From assembly GCA_016196885.1 (NCBI GenBank), contig JACPWU010000054.1:1-32000 (forward strand): a stretch of DNA of 32,000 nucleotides, written 5' to 3'. Positions 24,701 to 31,266 of this stretch are shown here, in pieces. Source of the stretch: Chlamydiota bacterium. Its GTDB lineage: Bacteria; Auribacterota; JACPWU01. A program made the position numbers and the translations under genes. Numbering within the stretch: position 1 is the stretch's first letter; each line of letters starts with the position of its first letter. The notes beneath the pieces are model-generated. The model saw only the letters and a list, made by a program, of their open reading frames with translations. It was not told the DNA's origin and made no database searches.

Positions 24701-26596
24701 GCCTTCGGCGGAAGCGGGCTCTAATTCTCGGCTTTCCAATTCGCGAAGCACAGACTCAAGGTCGCTGACGGCTTCAATGGCTGCTTGAGTATTCCCCAAC
24801 CCCTGCTGCCAATCTGCAAAAAGTTTAGCGTGATTCCAGTTTGAGGCCTCAATCATTTCTCGGCCCATTTGTCCTGTCGTTTGCATCCCCAGCAAATGAA
24901 GGCGTGCGATCTTGAGTAATGTGGGCAAAGGTGCTGTTTTCAAGGCGCCTGGGGCACCTCCTAATAAGCCAAACAGTTCCTCCATTTTTCTAAAATAAAG
25001 ACTTCGATCATCGGGATGACTCACGCGAGGGCTGATGATCCAGTAGCCGATTTTGGCTTCTTTGAGCAATTCTTTGAGGCCGGAAGTATGAAAACCTCCA
25101 GCAACCAAGGCCGCATGGTTGATTTTTTTCTCAGAGATCAGAGCGAGAGATTTATCCAGAAAGATGTGATCGCGTTCAAGCACTTTTTCGTAGAATTTTG
25201 CGGCCGTTTTGAAAACATCCCCAAAATCAGGGGATTCGAAAGCCGTTGTTCGTTGCTCGTCCTTCGTCGCTCGTAGATACAAAGTTTTGAGTTTGGCAAC
25301 AAATTCTGTGACGAAACGGTTTCCGGTACGATCTACGGACGACGAGTGACGATAGACGGCTTCAATATCTTCCCGCTTTCCTTCGAGTCGCGCAACCCGG
25401 TCGAGAATTGCATAATTTTTCTGAATCTCTATCAATTCTCTTTCCTGATCATTTTGGATGAGGGCTTGAGTTAATTCTTCTTCGGCCTCTTTCATTTCAC
25501 CGTCTAATTTTTCCCATGAAAGATTTTTCATGAGATTCATTTGGTCCATGAGAAGTTTGAGATTTTGAAAGGTCGAACTTCCATTTTCCATACGATTCAT
25601 GTATTGGCTCAAATAAAGATAATGTTCTTGATCGCTCACTTGCCCCAGGCGATATTCCAGGACATGCCTTAAAAGGCTTGTGGATTCTTCCTTGGGGAGT
25701 TTGGCTTCAAGAATCTCTAGGAAGTGAAGGTATTCCTTTTCCAGGGCTTCTGGATTCACTTGCGATTCTAATTGAACCAGATCGGCATAATTTTTTAGAG
25801 TTGGATAAGGGGTGGAGACATCCTTGCCGAATGTTTCCTTATACTGCTGGGATAATTCTTTAAAATAGGTCTGAATATCTGTTCTCGTCTCTCGGTACTG
25901 CTTTACTTTGCTCATCCAGTCGTACATTCCTTTAGAGAAAACCTTTTTCTCAAGTGCTTCAATCATCTCTTTCGAGGTTTGCCAGGCCTGTTCCTGAAGG
26001 GTGTTTTCCTCCAAAGATTTTCCCATGGCGTCAATATTGTCTACATAAACGGATAAATCTTCGATTCCGAGACCCTGTGCCTTGTCAGGTCCTTCGGTGA
26101 TGAGAAAGGATTCCACGGCGTCAATATCGCTTCTCTGAAGAAATTTCTCTTGAGCGATTTGAAGCGCCTTTTTGTCTGGAAAGGTATCGAAAAAGGACAT
26201 GTCCATGCGGCCTTCAGCGGCCTCTGAGAAAACATAAAAGAGGGAATTGGGATTGGAAGATGGATGCGCACGTGAAACTGTTTTTAAAATGCCTCGTATA
26301 TGGGCTTGTGCTTCTGGATTGCAGTGAATATCTTCAATAATGAACAATACGGGACGATCCTGAAAAACATTTTTTTCGACCACTTCTCCAAAATCACTCG
26401 GAATTTTTAAATGATCCAAAGCTGCACCGAACTCTTCTGAAGGCCTCTGAAGATTCCAATCGCTCCTTTGAATGGGGGAGGATTTGGACACAGTCTGGGC
26501 TATGTTTGCATCTTGTGCAAAGGTGAAACTACAATCGTGGGTGATAAAGGAAAGACAGACAACAAGGCTGATGATTTGACGCGCAATTTTGAACAT
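18704..26596 (-). CDS. Giant multi-module exported protein (2630 aa), possibly three fused cistrons
   Basis: One uninterrupted ORF. GGAGGG lies 4 nt before ATG 26596, followed by an N-terminal signal peptide. It has internal signal-peptide-like segments at about aa 709-734 and 1153-1175, a Pro/Thr linker, a jelly-roll-like region, a beta-rich region, two paralogous modules and a Pro/Ala linker. See the findings for detail. Confidence 0.8.
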   Translation of the reverse strand: MFKIARQIISLVVCLSFITHDCSFTFAQDANIAQTVSKSSPIQRSDWNLQRPSEEFGAALDHLKIPSDFGEVVEKNVFQDRPVLFIIEDIHCNPEAQAHIRGILKTVSRAHPSSNPNSLFYVFSEAAEGRMDMSFFDTFPDKKALQIAQEKFLQRSDIDAVESFLITEGPDKAQGLGIEDLSVYVDNIDAMGKSLEENTLQEQAWQTSKEMIEALEKKVFSKGMYDWMSKVKQYRETRTDIQTYFKELSQQYKETFGKDVSTPYPTLKNYADLVQLESQVNPEALEKEYLHFLEILEAKLPKEESTSLLRHVLEYRLGQVSDQEHYLYLSQYMNRMENGSSTFQNLKLLMDQMNLMKNLSWEKLDGEMKEAEEELTQALIQNDQERELIEIQKNYAILDRVARLEGKREDIEAVYRHSSSVDRTGNRFVTEFVAKLKTLYLRATKDEQRTTAFESPDFGDVFKTAAKFYEKVLERDHIFLDKSLALISEKKINHAALVAGGFHTSGLKELLKEAKIGYWIISPRVSHPDDRSLYFRKMEELFGLLGGAPGALKTAPLPTLLKIARLHLLGMQTTGQMGREMIEASNWNHAKLFADWQQGLGNTQAAIEAVSDLESVLRELESRELEPASAEGVLPTLDLNQFLTITEFENADEILALLNDNDESRRALTERYLTRVLIRDGYTEPLENVLDRLFPKEVPSTPSQGGSFLRVLSRVLPASIVLLIAMSLASFMGCFETEFPGATPLPISGSPTPIEVSPTPAVTPEVSPTPGVSPTPAGESPTPEVTPTPTSTEAPTPSATQTPEPSEAPSPTPVVVTPTPEPSPTPAGTPEVSPTPAGTPEASPTPAGTPEVTPTPTEVTPTPGPDTHFYSEDFNGYESFDDLLGGGWEVIYDENGNNGNTTWSIPSDGTLTVTEDGDSSTVGYSAAMNRNDLGFIDLDSSFQFEYQVTFNNANQSAFVVVYADPSNVSNLKYVNLYADPTHYAVEDSGGPDEGVPSDLQYNVAYQVRLEIVPDPLDQGNNTVRFYVDDELKSTQIVQTPAGYRPYQIGFLSSYDSGSVVYDNLTADVIPDEAPLKAEDSSAKPKSESSRGGSYGSPVGTQFWNFRFLKFSFFSILGFATLSLLAFNSSYSIFAIPVALVSILPLTSRFLKRMPRFSRAVLALTLLFMSHLALAQGAEPVTPPPASEVPLTPAVSSAPEIPREITPSAFFQYGTLGVDSGHLSANYGNWVFLGGGGRINTYVDPDLVEAFADPNYLRAQDLTLWELYKNNPLYMGYVYGLRSFGRAKIRLGIQALATPDGTWMIRPSGGAEFRLNPIINGAWFRLDPIAAVFYQPVNPLRVYGSPLPPSTLALHAQLIGGPITFHLKTAFLPDPLLQTAVQQWAAHSGNPDTAFQRGFLDELYGGGGYYLEGTQSGDTLILNAVGEPLTDIRLYLNMADYSPSRGPLASWALKAGTVVDLFSWDTVATISSPGEHGRLTNSFSPSQGVRVFFESNATLVGLGGEWLLSVGGDASSRGRFRGTASVRYSRVHPRLGRASIEIGAGNLDAYDPLTVRPAWTGSANLTLVPHAIELKRADRGTTPGARVEIGPKPEKKSTSQGVTLNEGNLAFFRTELPKRWETVIQSIKTTRDPVTHVTNAGNPVKPGTLGLDLVAITQAYALSVEPASLNSTLAISLEEAKEMIQGIVDDLSFSEKAPNGLLYDVYTMTAEKGTTAMVIEGVKQEGALATVRSNGLAAYGLVVAMEFLRENDPGYAKDPTYQALKELFHSMDFHTATLELLKTNPHLGEEPYGRLCILLAVLQADEFDLGLITQLRPPLANPPNDVQRQELEIDLLLRLSGLEARWDEYDQQIATPWLATKPQDSALALRFAGDEVLDRLKRNGYAPSDPLWTFMALSDALFSAQQAFTTPDQFWNRFWTGEHKDARGLGLRRLLDPSPAGVGTTGSVLPSVPVPAAPAEPPPVPAAPAVSPPAVPREEATAPAAQSEQAAPVPAPTDHVETPAPLSPKEVAYCNKEYDKGWEQFKAWFDASFNETGLRVGLEISSEDLGLSLLTIAQRQRLEKISFQEAQKMIKKILSTFDRMDGDTHRLFHPRYRITETSSETLSASFSPKSSVLISAGLVVAMDLYGTTHGEDDLYQNLVRRFYSQKLSQAVQEQIKSGSLRPEEPYTRLAILIALLQSPEDRPNLISLLKSPSENPTEAQVRQELEVETILGARFSRPDSWGVYYDLMAQNLLARDPLSSGEASLALNERPHEALKRFRRENRRERLKFWEKRPADLWTLLSLGDAPAASKPIHLGTTRSSFAEYWITMNEWTSAQFVFDLPVPALPRSEGKKSSSQRRGTTGKRNRPSRSFDLNQFLDDPEYRSRYLQGGGSVRRILEVVGGALNARIRSKGMDSAAAAKLTDDLAGLIVDGRQAAWVQDIANVKASIVKKDPFMKGISSKENFHILIDVRLVMEQDGLELLEILQRLPKEVYVTFVVSHEGEMDPVKKRFNLDDLRDRYRVRPTSSYALENFLQADELSDLEHVIVLGSLEKSQEYGENAECRKRLVLGNAQVTLAQMLVAAQSPEDYRALIERLVTDPEKKAALLAEIDNPENGISLKTHPSLELPLRTLDKMIQRNEAAQRSM
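24048..24137. repeat. 30-bp tandem repeat x3 inside the giant ORF (encodes PTPAGTPE[V/A]S units)
   Basis: The units GGCGTTCCAGCAGGTGTTGGAGAAGCTTCA, GGCGTTCCAGCGGGTGTTGGAGAAACTTCA and GGCGTTCCAGCAGGCGTCGGAGAAGGTTCA lie head to tail. More diverged units surround them across about 23995-24360. Confidence 0.85.
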
Positions 26597-26794
26597 ATTC
26601 CCTCCTCAGGGTAACAATTTATAACGAAAATGGGTGCGGAGAAAAAGACACTCCGGGCTAGAAATAGCCTACAGACGGAAGACACTTCTTGGCCTAAAAA
26701 GGTCAAAATAAATGAGGTTCAAAGAGTGAGGGATAGGGAACCTCTTCCTGCTAAAGGGGTTTTGGAACGAGGATTTTGAGTAAAAAGAGGTTAT

Positions 26795-27017
26795 TTTAAA
26801 CCCAGATTTTGCAATAGACGCGAGAACTCAAGAGCAAGAGCTTGAGCCAGACAGGCCTTTGCAGTCCCTGTGGGATTGGCCTGAAGAAAGCGCAGGCATG
26901 CATAAAAAGATGCCTGTCGAGCATTTCTGAAGGCCAAGATGGCCAAGATCTCAAGCTGTTATAGGAACCTGTGGGATGCGGTCGAATTCCGCGGCCTATT
27001 GCAAATTCTGGGTTAAA
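26795..27017. repeat. 223-bp element E4 with terminal inverted repeats, upstream of the giant ORF
   Basis: TTTAAACCCAGATTTTGCAATAG (26795-26817) versus CTATTGCAAATTCTGGGTTAAA (26996-27017). Internal hairpins include CTCAAG-AGCAAGAG-CTTGAG. GGCCAAGAT occurs twice in tandem. No clean target-site duplication was seen. Confidence 0.5.
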
Positions 27018-27126
27018 GGAGGGTGGTCCGATAGATGTTAGAGAGCCTGTTGGTGTTGTCGCATCCTATCCTACCTGTCGTGTCACGCACCCCAGCCCAC
27101 ATGTCATTTCGAAATCATGTCTTTTT

Positions 27127-27170
27127 GTAGCCGCCCGATTCATCGGGCAGTCCCATAAATGGGGCGACAC
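27127..27170. repeat. Double-hairpin REP-like repeat (copy 2, inverted relative to 1283-1327)
   Basis: GTAGCCGCCCGATTCATCGGGCAGTCCCATAAATGGGGCGACAC is the reverse complement of copy 1 with a few substitutions. It lies just 3' of the minus-strand stop at 27182. Confidence 0.6.
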
Positions 27171-27181
27171 CAAAATGAGCC

Positions 27182-27728
27182 TCACTTCTTTGTTGTTGCA
27201 CTCGCAGTCGTGGCCGTATCTACGTTTGTATTTGTTGAAGAAGTTTTTTGTTTCTGAGCTGAAGCAACTGATAACGTATTTGCACTGACCCACTTAATAT
27301 TTTTTAAATTGGGATTGTATTGTAGAGGAGCAGGTTTCAGCAAAGTCGCTGAAGATGTTTTGGTAGAACTTGTCTTTCCTGTAGAAACGGCTTGTTGAGT
27401 CGTTTTGCTGTTGGTTTGAGTTTTTTTAGTTTGTGGTGTTTTTGAAGAACTGGTTTTTGAAGATTCTTGAGAGGTTATTTTCTGTGCGGATGCATTTTGA
27501 GTAGAGACTGCGTGCCAATCTACATTTTGATAGGCAGGTTTTAAATTGAGAGCGGGTTTTTTTGCCTGTGGAGGTTGAATAACAGGAATCTTTGTTTGTC
27601 CAGAAGCAGGTGTTTCAGTGCTATGGGGTGCAGATGAAGAAGATTGTGAGGACATCTGGTTTAGAGCATTCCAATCCACAGAATTTGAGTGTGTTTGAGA
27701 AGATGAACTTTGAGATGTATTGCTGGGG
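27182..27728 (-). CDS. S/T/Q/K-rich low-complexity segment with repeated [SN][VI][DK]W motif; probably the frameshifted C-terminal continuation of the beta-trefoil ORF
   Basis: The track ORF 27182-27904 looks like real coding sequence only from about HPSNTSQSSSS onward. It carries the motifs SVDWNAL, NVDWHAV and NIKWVSA. A related RSDWENR motif occurs in the other frame upstream. Confidence 0.5.
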
Positions 27729-28397
27729 TGCTGGCGCCGTTTGCGTTCTAGAATTTTCAGGAGGGCGAGAAGAAGAGGGGGCAGCGGGCTCTCGTCTGGG
27801 GGCAGAAGAGGGCTGTTCATCTCGAGCTGGACGATTCTCCCAATCAGAACGGGCGGTTGTTCGAGCCTGAAGAATGGGATGCAATCTAAATGTTTCCCAG
27901 ACATCGGCAGAGGTGTTGATTGCCCCTAAGTAACTGTCATTTCCAATCCCCGCGCGGACATATCTGCCCAAGGCGATCGATCGAAACGCCACTTTGTCAT
28001 CTCCCAGTTGGCGCAGTTCAAAAGTTTGTTCTTCTGCGATGTTTGAACTTAAAGCCATTACATCAAAATTAGGGATGTTGTAGCTGATGGAAGCGTACTT
28101 ATTGCTTTTGACGGATTGAAGAGCGACTTTGCGATTCCCCAAATCAACCAAGCGAAATGCCTCCCAAATTTGAAGGTGGGAACTGGCGGCGCCGAGCCTT
28201 GATTTTTCTCCGAGGCCTGCTCGGACGTATTTCCCAGTTTTAATGGATTGAAAAGCAACTTTCCCGTCTCCCAGCATGTGGATTTTAAAACCCTCCCAAA
28301 GATGAAGATGAGGACTGACGGCACCCAAATAGCACCCGATGAAATCAATGCCCGCTCGCACATAGCGTCCATTGGAGACAGATTGTATGCCGATCAT
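27621..28397 (-). CDS. Beta-trefoil (fascin-like repeat) protein; true 5' boundary unclear
   Basis: It has four tandem ~45-aa units of the form G[KR]YVRAG..LGA.....WE.F.L..LG..KVA.QS. The repeat pattern continues upstream of ATG 28397 (to 28541) in the same frame, where there is no ATG/GTG/TTG. The last ~30 codons before the stop at 27621 look non-coding. Confidence 0.6.
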   Translation of the reverse strand: MIGIQSVSNGRYVRAGIDFIGCYLGAVSPHLHLWEGFKIHMLGDGKVAFQSIKTGKYVRAGLGEKSRLGAASSHLQIWEAFRLVDLGNRKVALQSVKSNKYASISYNIPNFDVMALSSNIAEEQTFELRQLGDDKVAFRSIALGRYVRAGIGNDSYLGAINTSADVWETFRLHPILQARTTARSDWENRPARDEQPSSAPRREPAAPSSSRPPENSRTQTAPAPQQYISKFIFSNTLKFCGLECSKPDVLTIFFICTP

Positions 28398-28541
28398 ATC
28401 ACCCGAGTTGATTTTCCCATTCCAGTCTTCTATTTTTTGAAATTTTTTCTTTCCGTCAGAGAATTTATAACTTTTTCGCGTTCCACTGTGCCGTCCAAAT
28501 GAGATGCTTCCAATGTCTACACTGAGAGAATTAAGACCGAT

Positions 28542-29099
28542 CTAGTCCGTGCTAAAATGTTTTGACAACCAATCTACACCGATACGAACATCTACTTTGA
28601 CGACAGGGGTGAGGGATAAATCAATTTTGTAGCGAGGTTTTTCAAGAATAAATCCATAATTTTTTTCTAAGGATTCTCCATTCCCGGAAATAGCAGGCAA
28701 ATCACTTTTTAGAGGTTTAGGCTGTGTGCTTGAGAAAGAAAGCTCTTCCTTTTTTAAATTTTGAGAGCCTAAAAAAGGTTGATAATCAAGGCCCACCGTG
28801 CCGTCTCCGTCAAATCGGATGCCAAATTGGGCAAAGCCATTCAAGGCGCCAAAACTAAATTGTGTGTTTGTCGCTGAAGGAGGGATCGGAATGATAGGGC
28901 CTTCCCCATGTCCGAGGGGAGGAGGAAAATTCTGATTGCAATCAATTCCATAATAATGGAAGTCAATCACGGGAGGAATGTCGCTCCAAAGGGCTCGTAA
29001 TTTCATTCCAAAGCCAAACTTGGCTTCCAAAACGGCTTCATTGCCGTCAAAAACCATGTCTGAGGGTAAACCCACTTTCCTGAATGCTGGGCTTTTCAA
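28542..29099 (-). CDS. Hypothetical protein (start TTG 29099 or ATG 29057)
   Basis: The ORF is co-directional with its neighbours and I recognise no family. Its TAG stop (28542-28544) is in frame with the beta-trefoil ORF downstream. ATG 29057 overlaps the upstream gene's TGA by 11 nt. Confidence 0.5.
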   Translation of the reverse strand: MKSPAFRKVGLPSDMVFDGNEAVLEAKFGFGMKLRALWSDIPPVIDFHYYGIDCNQNFPPPLGHGEGPIIPIPPSATNTQFSFGALNGFAQFGIRFDGDGTVGLDYQPFLGSQNLKKEELSFSSTQPKPLKSDLPAISGNGESLEKNYGFILEKPRYKIDLSLTPVVKVDVRIGVDWLSKHFSTD

Positions 29100-29697
29100 C
29101 GGGCAATCGTTCTTCCGCTCCTTGATCGGCGTTCTGAGAATTTAAGGCATCCAGATTTTTCGTCGGAAAGGGGAATTGCACTTTTCCGTTTATTTCTGGG
29201 AAAGGGGCTTTGGGAATATCATTTTGAATATAGTCTCGAAAGCCCTGTAAACTTGAGGGTTTTAGAGAGGCGATCGTGATATTGTTTGCGGCACGTGTGG
29301 GTGCAAACTGATTTTTAAAGAAATCAGATCCTTGTGATAATGTTTGAGGATTGGCAACGACAAAACGAGTGCTTTGGGTCAGGACAAAGGCATCCGACAA
29401 TTCTAAAACCTCGCTGGTGAATTCGGGTCTTTCAACAAGGGCCTGTCCAGACGTGTTTCTCTGAAGCTGGGCCTGAAGTTCATTTTGCTCTCTAAAAGTT
29501 TTTTGGGCAATGTTTCCCAATGTGAGCGTTTTATTGGCAAAGGAAGAAAGCGTTCCCTTGCTTAAAATATTTGGACTGGCAAATCGCACCTCTTCATCCA
29601 ACGCAGGAGTTGCGTGGATCCATGGGGTGTTCCAGAAGAGATTAAAAGAGGCCGTGAGAATCACCAGAAAAGTTGATATTCTAAGGCGAGATTTCAT
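29047..29697 (-). CDS. Secreted hypothetical protein (216 aa)
   Basis: ATG 29697 is preceded by AGGAGAA. The signal peptide is MKSRLRISTFLVILTASFNLFWNTPWIHA/TP. The track's start at 29784 lacks these signals. Confidence 0.65.
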   Translation of the reverse strand: MKSRLRISTFLVILTASFNLFWNTPWIHATPALDEEVRFASPNILSKGTLSSFANKTLTLGNIAQKTFREQNELQAQLQRNTSGQALVERPEFTSEVLELSDAFVLTQSTRFVVANPQTLSQGSDFFKNQFAPTRAANNITIASLKPSSLQGFRDYIQNDIPKAPFPEINGKVQFPFPTKNLDALNSQNADQGAEERLPVEKPSIQESGFTLRHGF

Positions 29698-29805
29698 ATT
29701 CTTCTCCTGGGCGTAATCTACATTAGAATATAGCACAATTTTTTGAGAGTGGATGGGATGGCAAATAATAGTGTTGACCCCCAATGAGTTAGAGAAAAGG
29801 TATTC

Positions 29806-31149
29806 ATGAATGTCATTTTTTTATCTCGCCTACAATTTGGACTGACCATTTGTTTTCACTACATTTTTCCACCCCTGAGTGTGGGGCTGGGCCTTCTTCT
29901 GGTCTTAATGGAAGGAATGTATCTTTGGACGAAAAATCCGCTTTATCAGAAGATGACGCAATTCTGGGTGCGCATTTTTGGCCTCACCTTCGCGATCGGA
30001 GTGGCCTCTGGCATTGTGATGGAATTTCAATTTGGGACCAACTGGTCTTCTTATTCGCGTTATGTCGGGGACGTTTTTGGAAGTGCGCTAGCTGCAGAGG
30101 GAATTTTCGCTTTTTTTCTCGAGTCTGGATTTTTAGCCATTCTTTTATTTGGATGGAATAAAGTCGGACCCAAGACTCATTTTTTCTCGACGCTTATGGT
30201 TTCGCTTGGGTCCATGTTCAGTGCGGTTTGGATTGTGGTCGCCAATTCCTGGATGCAAACGCCTGCTGGTTTCCACCTGGTGGAAAGGGGAGGACAGGTT
30301 CGTGCCGAGATTACAAATTTTTGGAAATTGTTCTTCAATCCTTCCTCCATGGGAAGATTGAGCCATGTGATCACCGGATGTTGGCAGGCCGGCGCTTGGT
30401 TCGTTCTAAGCGTCAGCGCCTATTACTTATTGAAAAGAAAGCACGAAGATTTTGCAAAGGCCTCGATTAAAATTACATTGGTGCTAGCCTTCATTTCCTC
30501 CATTTTACAAATACTTTCAGGTCACGCCAACGCGGTGATCGTAAGCCGTTATCAGCCGGCGAAGCTCGCGGCCATGGAGGGGCATTATCCTGTGAATGCG
30601 CCAGCCAATTTTAATTTATGGGGTTGGGTGGATGGAAAAGAAGAGAGGGTTCGAGGAGGGTTGGCCTTGCCAGGTTTTTTAAGCTTTCTGGTTTCCGGAA
30701 AATTTGACACCCCTATCAAAGGGCTCAACGCTTTTCCTCCCCAAGATCGTCCTCCCGTTCAAGCTACTTTTCAGTGTTATCATGGAATGTTGCTCATTGG
30801 GATTGCTCTTTTTCTGTTTAGTCTTTGGGGTGTGATTCTCTGGAGGAAAGGAAAACTTTTTCAAAGTCGCTGGCTTTTAAAACTTTTTGTTTTGTCCGTT
30901 TTAGGCCCTCAACTGGCCAATCAATTAGGCTGGATGACGGCCGAGGTGGGAAGACAGCCTTGGATTGTCTATGGGCTTCTTCGAACCTCTGAAGGGGTCT
31001 CGCCCATTCTTCGTTCAGGACAAGTTCTTTTCTCCATCATTTTATTTTCTCTCGTGTATCTTTTATTATTTGTTTTATTCATTTATTTGTTGGATCAAAA
31101 AATTCGAAAAGGTCCTGAGAGTCATCAAGAAACGTTGCATCGGGCGTAA
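29806..31149 (+). CDS. cydA: Cytochrome bd ubiquinol oxidase subunit I
   Basis: The N-terminus [24 protein letters not shown] is characteristic. It is a polytopic short Q-loop form of 447 aa and is followed by cydB. Confidence 0.93.
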   Translation: MNVIFLSRLQFGLTICFHYIFPPLSVGLGLLLVLMEGMYLWTKNPLYQKMTQFWVRIFGLTFAIGVASGIVMEFQFGTNWSSYSRYVGDVFGSALAAEGIFAFFLESGFLAILLFGWNKVGPKTHFFSTLMVSLGSMFSAVWIVVANSWMQTPAGFHLVERGGQVRAEITNFWKLFFNPSSMGRLSHVITGCWQAGAWFVLSVSAYYLLKRKHEDFAKASIKITLVLAFISSILQILSGHANAVIVSRYQPAKLAAMEGHYPVNAPANFNLWGWVDGKEERVRGGLALPGFLSFLVSGKFDTPIKGLNAFPPQDRPPVQATFQCYHGMLLIGIALFLFSLWGVILWRKGKLFQSRWLLKLFVLSVLGPQLANQLGWMTAEVGRQPWIVYGLLRTSEGVSPILRSGQVLFSIILFSLVYLLLFVLFIYLLDQKIRKGPESHQETLHRA

Positions 31150-31200
31150 TGCGGAAACGTCAACAGAGGTTGCTGCTAGGCTGTTCGAAAATGTTGTTTT

Positions 31201-31233
31201 CCCCTCCCTATTATGGGAGGGGTTAGGGGAGGG
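31201..31233. repeat. Short G/C hairpin repeat in the cydA-cydB spacer
   Basis: CCCCTCCC-TATTAT-GGGAGGGG is a perfect 8-bp stem. It is followed by TTAGGGGAGGG. Confidence 0.5.
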
Positions 31234-31266
31234 AATGTTGCAATGACTAAAGCAAGGTGAGTCGCT

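Noticed and set aside
28542-28544. TAG reassignment (an alternative genetic code) as the explanation for the in-frame TAG.
   Set aside because: TAG appears to terminate the DEAD-box helicase normally (5960-5962). No other gene in the window contains in-frame TAG, TGA or TAA codons. A single site is better explained by mutation, read-through or error.
29047-29143. A frameshift joining the secreted protein (29047-29697) to the next ORF.
   Set aside because: ATG 29057 overlaps the upstream TGA (ATGGTTTTTGA). This is a normal translational-coupling arrangement. Neither frame is clearly non-coding in the overlap, so I cannot support a frameshift here.
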